A stretch of DNA of 64,000 nucleotides from Spizellomyces punctatus DAOM BR117 (lineage: Eukaryota), in assembly GCA_000182565.2 (NCBI GenBank), contig KQ257456.1. One strand, given 5' to 3'. This document shows, piece by piece, positions 12,658 through 24,482 of the stretch (position 1 is the stretch's first letter; each line of letters opens with the position of its first letter). The notes below the pieces were generated by a model, which saw only the letters and a program-made list of their open reading frames with translations, had not been told where the DNA came from and did no database searches. Both the position numbers and the translations under genes were made by a program.

Positions 12658-15190
12658 ATGCATGCGTCGGTGGTAGAATCCATAGTAGCAGACGCGCACG
12701 TTGAGGTCCTGATTCCTGCAACGGATTCAACCGATGCAGAGGACATCTTGAAAGCCCCAGCCAGGGACACAGTGTTTTACGGTATGGTTGCAGTACATGC
12801 CTCCGGCTTGTCCCTCTTTTAGCACAGCTGACGTGGCTCAGCGCTCTCATAATATAAATATGCAGACGAGACTCTCCACTGCTATGTCCTATTCAAACCT
12901 TCTCAGGCGCCTAGTGCCTCGAAGGTAACTGCAGCGATGCTCACAGACATCGCCAGTCGCGGTTTGGATCTGCATGTAGTTGTCAGTATAGGCGACATTG
13001 ATGAAGCAGACTCTACGATCTCGGCCTTCTTGCCTGCTACCCCCAAAGCGGCTCCTCCCGCCCCACCGCCAGCTGCCCACCATTTGGGCGCGTTTCCACA
13101 TAGAAACCGTTCAGCAACCACCGGCCCTCCCGTCCCATTAAAAGGATCTCCAGCTCCTAATTCTTCTAATTCTGCTGGCTACTTAGCGAGCCCAGCACTA
13201 AAGAGGAGGACTACATCTTTGAAGTCTGGTCAGATCTCATTAGGGCCGCTGGAATCGCAACCTTTAAAGAGGTCGCCTTTGTCCTCAGCAGTTACACCTA
13301 CAACAGAAGCAAAAGATGAGGAGATTCTTTACTCTTTCGTGTATAACGCGGTGAATGGGGAACAAGAGCCGATTGTCTTACCGGAGCAGCGATGTTGTCT
13401 CTTTCCGCTACGACTTCCGATAGGTACCGCGCGACATTATTGGCTAGCATTTTGAGAGCTGTTCTGATGTTCAATATGTTTCGATTTGGCACCAGCAATC
13501 CTAAAAGCCAGATCAAAAGATATTGGATATAGTATAATCGTTAGAATTAGTTTGATATCCAAATCAACACAGCAGTCGCCACCCAGAATGCGAGACGCTG
13601 TCCTATGCGACCCCGAAGACTTCGATGCGCCAAATTTGCTGGCAGGTCTAGCAAATGGTGAGTCCGATTTCATATTTCATTTGGCTCTGGCCAGCCTAAT
13701 GAAGCCACGTATAGACACTTATTTTAATCCGGAGGGAATACCGGTACATCGTTTACCGAATCACCCCAAGCGACCTTCATTAACACCAGCAACGCCATTC
13801 CCACGTGTGATACAAAAATGCATCCCTGTTCAACCAATACTTGATATAACGATTAATATCGTTGACGCCGGCCTTGATAGTATGTTGATGTCACTGGCGC
13901 TAGAAAATAATGTTGGCGAGGATAGTGAATTTTGCATCGAGTCTCTGAATGTGAATATGACAAATGCTATCATTTCGCCTGTTGATGAGACTTCAATCAG
14001 GAGCGAACCGGTATGTTTGTCGTCATGGGCAATTCCATTGACTTTTCTTTTCTTAATGCTGGCCTCAACTTGTGTCTTTCCAGCTTAAAACACAGGATGA
14101 GCTCCACCTTCTCTACAATGTTGCATTACTTGAGGATGCTTGTAAGGAAACACCTGTAGAGAGCACCACAAGTCCACCCGGAAGTGCCATGACCTCTCGA
14201 ATGGCATCTTTCGCGTCATTAGGGACGGTCAAGTCCATTGGAGCCGTTATAACGCCAAGAATCAAGCGGCTACTTTCGATATCAATCAAGGGGACGAGCT
14301 CGCTCGCTGGCTCCCGCGGACAGGTTATCGGAGCTAAATGGTTCACCCAGCTTCTTTTTGGAGGTGATTCTGAGAGCAAAACGCTGTTGGACGTGGTGCC
14401 TTTATACGGAAGGAAGAATGCTATGCCGAAAGAAATCCGGATTTTGAATGAAAAAGAAGGAGACGGATTGCAACTCTCATTTTCCAGTGAGTTTAACGTG
14501 GGTTTTTTCCGATTATGTGTATCCTCAACAATGCCGTCTCTCTTTTTCTGATTGAAAACAGTTGCATCACAAGTATATCTCCGCCACATCTTCACCGTTC
14601 AGGCATTCTTTGTCAACCGCTCCACAAAGACGAGAAATTTGAACCTAATCATACCGACGAAAGCGACTCCTAGTGATACATCCGCCCCGTCCCTTACTCG
14701 GTTAGTAAAGAATAGCATGATTCAACAAGTTATTATTAAAATAGCTAACTTATAACTGTAAATGTCGACAATAGTAGTCATGACAGTGGAATCAATCTGC
14801 ATATGGAAGAGGAAGGTGCGTGCTGCAAAATATGCCCGATATCCGTAACCGACACTGATATGTTCCATCCAAAGAGTTTTTGAGACGCTACCTGGAAATG
14901 GAAAAGCGCGAAGCCTCGCTCGTATGCTTAGAGCATAGTATTCAGCTAAGGTACGTGGACATGGATACGGTTTTCGACGTGAACAGCCTGTCGCATCAGT
15001 GCTAATAAGCTGCTTGGTCATTCGAAGCGCACTCCATCCGAACACGTGTCAAACAGTCAATCTGCATTTTGTCGCTATTAAAGGATTAGTTCACACTATT
15101 GAAGATATACAGCTGATTGATAGAGACAGCGGGGGTGTTATGCATTTGCGAAATGTGTTGGAAATCCACGTCCTGAACCCAAATACATAG
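12658..15190 (+). CDS. TRS65: TRAPPII complex subunit Trs65/TRAPPC14-like (multi-exon)
   Basis: ATG at 12658 (MHASVVES...VEVLIP...RDTVFY|DETLHCYVLF, intron 12782-12865). C-terminal LHPNTCQTVNLHFVAIKGLVHTIEDIQLID is typical of the Trs65 C-terminal domain. Confidence 0.65.
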
Positions 15191-15306
15191 ATCTCCCTAC
15201 GTTGTGTCCGGAGTTTCATGTGGCGAAGCCGCCGCGCGCCGGGACCCCGTCTACCCAGTTCAAAAGTACCGTTGTTTTTTGAGGCATCCTTCCGTCTTGA
15301 AGTTGA

Positions 15307-16281
15307 TCACTGTGTATTGGGATACAGAGGCGCGTTTGACTCCCTTCGATTATCCCCAGAATATCTAATATCCTCGGGACGATCATCCTTCTTTCGTTCT
15401 AAGGAACCCAAAACTGTCATCAGCACCAGTCAGCAGCAAACAAACCATAGCTGATACCTACGCAAAGGTGTATCCTCTGAGTCCACGAGCACTGCGTCAA
15501 AATCGTCTTCCGGCAAGTTGTTGTACTGCTGTCGGGAAGAAGATCCGCTGTCCTTGGGGGTAAACGCCTTGTCATACAACTCTTTGAACTTCTTCTTCGC
15601 CGATTCCCCTATGGCGCTGGCGCCAGCTATGACTTTCTCTTTGGTTTCGCGAAAAGGCGAAGGGCTTCGGGGCCTTGACGGGTCTACGCAGTTCTCAGAC
15701 GGTAAGAAATTTGGAGAATAGGTGTGGCTTACAATAGAATTGGAGAGATACCTTCATCGAGCTGCCGATGTCTTTGGGCTGCTGTAACCAGGCAGAGTAA
15801 ATTTCGCGAATTGTTTACGCACATGTAATTAAATACGCTGCCCTCTGTACCTTCCCCTTGACGCTCCTCTTCCTCCAAACGCCTTGCAAGTTCTTCATCT
15901 TCTTCTTGCTGTGCTAACGCGCGAGCCAACGCCTCATCATTTGTCTGGAAACATAGAGAAGAACAATTTCACAACGTTGAGGACGCTCATCCCGGGGCCC
16001 ACAACATCGCGCTTCAACTACACATTCATTACAAAACAGCTTACAGTGCTCGCATCTGCTTGTGTAGCGCCTATATTGGATTGCGGAGCAGAAGAGGGAT
16101 TGGATATTTCCAATAAAGCATTTATAGCAGCTTCGACATTGCCGTCGTTTGCAGTCAGGACAGCCTCGCATACATCTGCGTCGGTGTCAGGAAAGATTGC
16201 ACGCAATTGCTACAAGAGGTAAGAAAGTAAATATTATCATCCTTTCACTTCTTGACCCCTATCCAATAAACTCACCTCCAT
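15307..16281 (-). CDS. CUE-domain ubiquitin-binding protein (Cue5-like); last exon tentative
   Basis: A 6-nt first coding exon (ME) spliced to QLRAIFPDTDADVCEAVLTANDGNVEAAINALLEIS (CUE FP motif), then the acidic DEELARRL motif. Confidence 0.75.
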
Positions 16282-16464
16282 ATTCAATGGTTTTGTCCTT
16301 GTGCAGGCCGAGAAACTAATGCAAAGCGTCCCGTCGCCAGTTGGCGTGGCTGTTTGTTTGCCGTAAGCAATCGCCGCGGCACGTGCACACGCATCAATGG
16401 AGCGCAGGCCCCTGGGTTTGTACAGTAACTCGATTGACGCTGTCATTCCTAATCTGTTTGAAGC

Positions 16465-17404
16465 ATGCCATCTCAGGTCATTATAAACACCTTTGCAGGC
16501 CTCAAGCCTCTCTGTCTTCAGTTTCCAGATGATTCCCCAAGCGAGAGCCCGTTGCTGGTTGAAGATCTCAAATTCCGCCTTACCTCCATCCTAAATATTC
16601 CTGCTGACGTCCAACGTCTTACGACTGAAGGAGGCCGCTCCCTAGACAACAATGACATCCTGTTCCCTACAGAAAATACATCCAGAGATGTGTTTCCACC
16701 TGTCTTCAACCTCCTTCTTCGCCTTCCGGGTGGAAAAGGTGGCTTTGGTAGTATGCTCAGAGCCCAGGGTGGGAAAATGGCGTCTCAAAAGACGACAAAC
16801 TTTGAGGCATGTAGAGATTTATCTGGGCGTAGATTGAAGACGGTGAACGATGCCAAAAAGTAAGTGATATCTGTTACTGTAACCTGTATTTTCGGAGTGT
16901 TCTGACTTTCCGGTTTCAGGTTGGCAGACTACCTGGAGAAAGAACCTGAGCGGAAACGTAAGAGGCAAGAAGAGTTGATGAAAAAGATTGAAGAAGGTTT
17001 AAAGGAGCCCCAGAAGCAGAAAATCAGATATCATGACCCGGAGTTTGTGAGTAGTCACGAAAAGGTGATGGAGGATGTGAAGGATGCGGTGACGAAGGCG
17101 TTAGCAGCGGCACCTAGCAAGGCGGCTGCCCCACGAAAGCCTTCCCCACCAGCACTGGCTCAACCGGCCGCAGATCTGTCCCAATGGCAAGTACTTTGAT
17201 CATTTGGAAGAATGTGGTTCACAACCTAATTCTACTATTTTGAATAGGGATGCATTGTCCGATGCTGAGGAATCTGAAGAAGAGGAAGAAGAGGAATGGG
17301 AGGAGGAGCAGGCTGGAGAGGGAAGCTCCGCGGGCGGTAGCAGCGAAACGACAGTGCCACCGCTTGGCAAAGGCAAAGGCAAAGAAGTCGATGTATCAGC
17401 TTGA
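16465..17404 (+). CDS. SDE2: Sde2, ubiquitin-fold-containing splicing / replication-stress factor
   Basis: N-terminal ubiquitin-like domain followed by the diagnostic [16 protein letters not shown] and [13 protein letters not shown] motifs; 3 exons. Confidence 0.95.
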
Positions 17405-17458
17405 GAATTTGATGTGTAATTCGTTGAAGTCAATTTTGTGTATAGTATTATCTGCTTT

Positions 17459-20400
17459 CTAGTTCAATAATAACTTATTTACAATCGCAAGATTTGACAA
17501 TGTCTGTTCGAGATACTCTTCGTCCTGCTCGGACATGTCGTCCTTTGAGTCATGCGTTCCTGGTCGTCCATCACTTCGCTTGAGGTACCAAGAGTAGACT
17601 GAAGTGGACAAATGAGTAAGCGTTATAGAAGATGAGAGAGTTTGACTCTACCTGAATGAAGCCTATGATTGAGAGAGTCCAGATGTCGTTTGACATCGGC
17701 TTTTTTCAGTGCAACCTTGGCCTGAAAAAACAACCGTATTCACTAGTCTTTTCAACTGACTTTGAGTGTTCCGTCGCTTACCTTTTCACTGTCGCAGAGT
17801 AATCCTCGAATCAGGGAAGTCGTTGGTGAAAGAATCTCAAGCGACTTCGCTCCCAAAAGGTCGCATAAAATCGAGAGGACTTCGCCTAGATGATGATAAG
17901 GAACCATAAGTTTCGTTATGTCACGTTATAATGTATCAAATTCCAACCGTGGAGTAGAAAATGAGCTTTATTTTCCTTGGCAATCGCCAAGTTTCGTAGA
18001 ATCAATACCGTAGTGCGTTTGACGTGTATTGACCGCACCGTCAATAATTGTACGAGTTGATCGAACAGCTCTTAAACACAAGTATCAACAAAATACGACG
18101 ACTTGCCACCAATACGGCAAACCCAACATACCTGGCGTTCGCATAACATTTACTTGCCCGTCATAGGCAAAGGTCGAGTTCAAGTACAATGACAGGAGAG
18201 TCTCCACCCTCGGGTAATCTTTCACCTTGGTCAACCAAGATAGAACGTTTTTCAGATCCACCAGTATATTTGTCTGTAATGCGAGCAGAGGTTTTAGTCA
18301 ATTTAATGCTCACATGAGCATCAATCACGTCGCTGTACCTTCCACATAGCAGCACGAGATTCCCCATGCAGCGCAAGGATCTTCAGAACATCGAGACAAC
18401 CATTGTATGTATTCAGCTCAATCGTCTTCTTACGAACCATGCTGACCAGAATATCAGTCAAGCTTGCATCTCGTCCTTTTATCCGCATTTGCTCAAACAT
18501 GACTCTCTTTGTATTGTTGCAATTGGCAATCAAGTTACGCAAGCAGTGAAGCGCCTCCTGTGCCAACACATCGCTGGATTCTTTACTCGAGAGGATATGG
18601 TGAAGGAGTACATGCGTCCGCTCTTTGGTTGCAGATAACTAACATCGAGCAGTGAACGCGATTAGCAAGTTATGCACACACTGCGATATAAGCCGATCTA
18701 CCAACCTTCGCTTCTGTAGAACCAGCCAGGATGTGCCGCAAAAGAGTAACAATGACAAACATCTCTTGCTCCTGTGGGCCATCCAGTCTAGACTGAGAAT
18801 TTATAAACTTTGAGCAAATGCACAATTTTGGGACCCAAATTGTTCTGGCATGAGAACTTACTGTGCAATCTAATGCAAGCCGCGCGCGTTCTAGAAGATT
18901 TGACAAAAATCCTCCTGCCCACTACGATCAGTGAAATGTTCAGGAATGAGATCTATGGAAAGTCCATACCTTGCACAGCATGAGTTTTCACGGAGTTACA
19001 GCACCCCAATAAACACTGTAAACAGATCCGCACTGACTCCATGTATGCAGCGTCTTCGAGTTCATACCGTCTGAACAGGACATGAACAAGCTGTTCGAAG
19101 AGCACCGTCCCAATAGGACCATTACCACCCTCAAAGATGCGCATCTCATGATCTAGAATATCCGCCAAGCCCAGGTCGACGGTAACGCTATAATGCAAAG
19201 ACAGGATCCTCGCTAGTGTTTGGCAGGCAACTCGGGCTAACGAAGTACTTAAGGTCTGCCGCATGCTGACCACCAGCAGCTGACAGATCGTCAACCCGTT
19301 CTGTTCTGTCTTAAACGTCGTCTCGAGCTCCTTCGGCCTTCGCGTGGCGGACACGAATAGCAATTCCTTTAAGACGTGTAATGCGAGTGCAATAGTAGGA
19401 ATTTGGAGCAACTCCTGCCTCAGATGCCCATCTTTCCAATGGTCCCACAGGTCTCGTAGCACACGAACCAACTGCTTGAGAACAAAGGTCTCATCCACCA
19501 GATAAGCTTGAATCTCAGGCGATCCAAATGACACGAGCCATAGGATTCGGAGAACATTGCATTTAGTGCTATTGAGAATCTCGTAATCAGCATCTTGTAC
19601 AAGCTGCCTTCGGAATATTTCATAAAGTGCGTAAGTGTCTTCCTCGGGCGGACACTCCTTGATGTCCTTGTCCTCCAAGTATGTGAGCAAGAACGGCAAC
19701 GCATTGGCCTCGCAAAGGGCATGTCGCATTAATGCCGGGGAAAGAATGGACAGGCTGACTAGAAGCTCCGAGACGGCACATCGCACAAGAATGTCATCGC
19801 AATCAACAACATCTTTAAGACGTGCAAAAAAACCATATCTCTCAAACATTGCCAGTACATCGTCTCGCCGAGCGGTACCCAGTTTTCGAACAGCATCTTC
19901 AAAGCCATTACTTTGCTGTGTATCACTACTGAACCTGCCGTCCATGTCATGGCAAGACCTCACCACGTAATTCTTTACCAAAAGCACAGACTCTTTCCGA
20001 ATTGAAGGACTCGTATTGACCGTCATCACATGCTCAAAGGCCACGTCCAGGAAATGCGGAAGCTGGTTTTCCAAAAGTGGCCGAGCGTCGTCGACCATGG
20101 TGAGATTACTCAAAATCCCCATTCCAACTTTTTGCAAAAGTTCTTCATGGTCGTTAAGAAGAACCACCATCCAATCTATCGAGCCCTCCACCATCCAATG
20201 CTCGCCCCATGCGCATGCAACTTCACCGGTCGCTTCAATGAAGGTTGTTCGACTGATACTACGTAAGCACAAAGCTGCCAACCTGTACAAGCCCCGGCTT
20301 TCGTGACACGAGTGATGAGGATTGGCAGGTTGTGTAGGGTATTGCTGGCATGACCGAAGTGTGTGAACAAGTATACTGATGATGCCACTCATGACCTCGC

Positions 20401-23400
20401 CGCTGACCGCGCTCATGATGCCACACAAGCTTACGCAGCGAAGAAGTATCATCAGCCAGTTCATGCAGTTTCGGGGACTTGCTATCCCCTTGGCGTCCAA
20501 TAGCCGTTGTCCAAGAATGTACAAAGAACTGAGGGCATCAGTTCTAGAAATGCTTGCCATTACATCCTCATCGGATGCGTCATGAAGAATCTTTCGAGAA
20601 AATGCAAGGATTTCCGACATGAAGGCCGACGACCCCAAATATTCAACTGAAGCGTCAGCTTCATGATAGGTCCCATCTTGTGACCCACTACAAAGAATTG
20701 GGAGAAGAACCTTCTCGAATGATGACAGCAACACTTTTTCAAAATGAGAGAAGATGCCGGGGTAGATCAAAATATCGGCCAGAAAATGCAAGAGTTGAGT
20801 AAGCAGCAAGGCATCGTCCACGTTTGCAGGCGGTAAAAGAAGAATCCTACTCCAAAACGCTCATGAAACAACATTTTTAAGTACGCTTTACAAAACGTGC
20901 ACAGCGTACCTTTGAAGGGTTAGCGGCACATCAGTCTCCCACAATAGATTGCAGTCATTCTCGGAAATGAAAGCGGTTCGTAGATTGAGAACAGCAGCTT
21001 CAAATGCTGCATGACTTTGTGCCTGTCGCAGGTCGGATGCACTTTGCTCAATCTTCCAGAAAAAGGGATTGTTCCAGTTCTCAAGCATATGTGTTTCTGA
21101 CTGGGACAAGCGCACATTGCCCCTGTATGCTGCAGTCCTTGCTTAAGAACTAATAATACGATCAGATTGTCCCAGCGAGAACACAGCTTACATGAAAGAA
21201 AGTCTAGTATCGTGCGGACCATAGCCGGATCTTCTGCGATGCGCTCCGGACCACTGGCATCAACCGTTGCATTACTAGGCATGTACAGGTAGAATTTGCT
21301 CGCAACGACCCGGTGGACATTGGTACATAATTGATCATCCATAAAGAACAGGCTGGAAAAGATCCGCGCTAGTTCGTATCGTAATTGCGCTTCGAAGTGG
21401 AAAATATCTACCAACAATACTCCTCAGCACGTGCTTGAAAGAATGCGGGATGGGACAAACCCCACACAAGTGTACTCACATCGGGCAAGGGTACGGACAA
21501 AGGTCCGATCCTGAATCAAATCAGAACGCACTCCGACGTCCGTTTCAACTAATACCCGAAGAATGATGAAAGCCCGCAGCAACACGCCAGGGTGCATGAG
21601 CCACGACGCGCCAGATTGATTCAATAGCTTCAGTAACCTCAGATGGAGGCCCAGATCTTTGGCGCGCTGTTTGGTTGCCCTTACTCAAGATTGGGCACGG
21701 TCAGCAAGACCCATCGTCCCCAGTTGCTCGTAGTGATCACACTTACCAAAAATACCGTCGGCAATGTCACGCAGATCATCCTTAAGGTCACCATCACTGG
21801 GCAACGAGGATTCTAAGGAATTGCAGAACCGTTCTACGCTGGCGGACTTAACAACTGGATCGTTATCGCGACCATTCACAACGTGACTGAAAAGGAGCGC
21901 GCGACGATGGCTTACCTTGTCTACCATTGCTGCACTTGATCTGTCAGCTTGTATTATAGCCAAAAGAGATGAAGGAATAAGCAGCGTGTTCGCACAGTCC
22001 TCCAGATTCCCCGCTGCAGCTGTTAAGTCAGGAACACAAGCCATCAGGTGTGACACGGCCTCCTGCCGTAATCTGCACATCAAGTCTGTTAATGTGAGCC
22101 AAAAACAGACATGCCAAGATGTCGTGAGAAGGTACCGTTTGTCTTTATGTAACAGAGCTCTTGTCCAGAATGAAATCTCATCATGCTCATGTCCTTTGTG
22201 TTCCGCAATATTCATGGCGGATTTCATTAGCTTTCCTTCGTCTGCGTCGTACATAAGTTGAAGCCATGGTAAGATGCTCCAGATGAGAGAGGGATCGATA
22301 CAGGAAAGGATTGATTTCTGCAACATAGGGTAGACGACTTGTAGTGTCTAATGACCAAGGCGTTGGACGGTCAGTTTACGGGCAAGAGATGGCATCGCTT
22401 CAGACTCACCTGGCCATCCGCGCTTTCACAGGCAGTCTCTATCAACGCAATGACCAAAGGTGCAGAACAAAATAGTGCGCTCTTCTGTTCTGTGTCATTC
22501 CAGGCGTCTTTTAATCGCTCAACGGCCTGCAGGCGAACCCAGGAATTTTCGTGGCGTAACAGATACAAAAGGATTGCATTCGGAAGAGGGGATGGCTTGG
22601 TCAAGAGGTAGGTAATAAGGCTACCCGGGACTGCATTTGAGTTTGGCATGCTAGAAAAGAGTTCAACCACTTCCCACAACAATTCGGAAAAGTTCCAATC
22701 CTGTAATAAGCAAGAATTACCATGCAATGGTTGGAAAATGCAGCTGCAAGCGAGCGATACCTCTTCCAGCGATATGAGTGCATCGAGCAAGTCGAAGGCA
22801 AATAGAGCGCATCTTTCTCTGGCGTAAAGATATTCGGCGCATATAGTTTCCCCATGACTCCTCTCCACCATCGCACCATGATAGTCAACAATCGCCGTAA
22901 CCGATTGAACGTAGGATACGATCACCTTGTGCGAAATGTGCTGTGAAGTTTGAGCACTTGCCATGCTCAAGTGTAATTTGAAAAAAGGTAGAGCATTGTA
23001 CAAGATCCTTAACACTTCAGGCATCCATTTTAGGTGACGCATTAAGGGTATCATCGTGACGAACACCTCGTGGCAGGCAAATGGGATGCTTATCATGTAA
23101 TCTGTAACTGATGAACCGTGCTCTGCAAATAGACTTGGGCCGATGGAGACAGGTACGACCGTTGATGGGGTCAATGTGCAGTGTTTACTTGTCACATCTG
23201 CACATTTTCGAAAGTGGTTCTGCCACTGCAGGAGTAACTCTTCGAGGTACATACATGACGGGGATGTCACATCCGCAGTGGCATTGCTCAAAATGGTCTG
23301 TGGAGACTGAGTTATTCACGGTAGTCCCATCCTCTTGAAAAAAGCGGTGATTACCCGAAATAGCTGTGACTTTTGCAAAAAGATGCCCGCTCCAAAGTCC

Positions 23401-24410
23401 AACAACAAAATATCAAAAAGCTCGCGCCCACGCTCTCTGTCCCATCCACCCGACATTGTATGAATGGTACAAAACTCATCAATAATTCTTTCGTCCGCTG
23501 CTGTTAGCTGGATGACTTCGTATGTCGGGATCGCATAAGGCAAGTATGGCAGAGGATGCGGAGCACCTAGCATCCGACAGCTGGTAAGTAACCCAAACAT
23601 TCATTAATAACCATCTGCTCCCTTTGTGATCTTTACCTCCTTGCTCCCAGTGGTCCGGGGATCCAATTCTCCTATTCACTGGGCTAGCGGTAGTCGGTCT
23701 TCGGTCAGGACTATAATGCCCGAGGGAAGGTTGCCGAGAGCTGACTGCTTTTTCATATTCACCACTATACTGAGCTCGTTGGTAGATCAATGGGCTTTCG
23801 ACTTGCCCAGGAAGGTGCCGAAGACGTTCTCGAATGTCATCGAGTAGTGCAACGCTACCGCTCTCATGAATATTTTCCCGCAGTCGTTCCAGAACGTCTC
23901 GAACCCCAAGCTCCACGAGATTTGTCCGAGTAGTGGAATTCTACAAGATCATGTTTTAGCATTCCAGGTTTCCAAAAGTGATCTGCTCCACGCACTTTGC
24001 AAAGATCTTGCAAGAGCTCTAAAGAAGTGTGGATCTCTTCATGCTCGGAATTCCCAATACCAATATATTTAAGGATCTTCTCGAGAGCACCCCGTTCATG
24101 TGCTATCTCATCTATCGAGTCGAATGTATGAGTGCATTGTTCATTTCACGAACTTAGTACCAGAAATACCACCAACCAACAGATACAATGCCAGTACGAA
24201 GTTTGAACTAACAAAGAGACGGCACTGAAGTTACTATCGACCGAGCTCATTCTTCTATGAAGCAGCCCCTTACTTTTAGGTGTTCAAATGCCCGCTTCCG
24301 AACCTCGGGAATTGCATGATCTATAACATACCAACGTGTGGGCAATCGCCTCCAAGTACGCATAAACAGTCAATATGAAGCATTTTACCAAGCTTTACGG
24401 TATACTCCAT
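17459..24410 (-). CDS. RTTN: Rotatin, centriole/basal-body ARM-repeat protein (many exons)
   Basis: N-terminus MEYTVKL|DHAIPEVRKRAFEHLK resembles the RTTN_N motif KLGH.L.EIRERAL. DFGAGIFLQ resembles DFPAEIFLQ. Long helical-repeat exons follow; stop at 17459. Confidence 0.8.
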
Positions 24411-24482
24411 TGTATATGGAGGTCATGTATTGATACGATAGTGCATTTCGAAGGAATCTGATCGCAAAACGAGGATCTCTCC

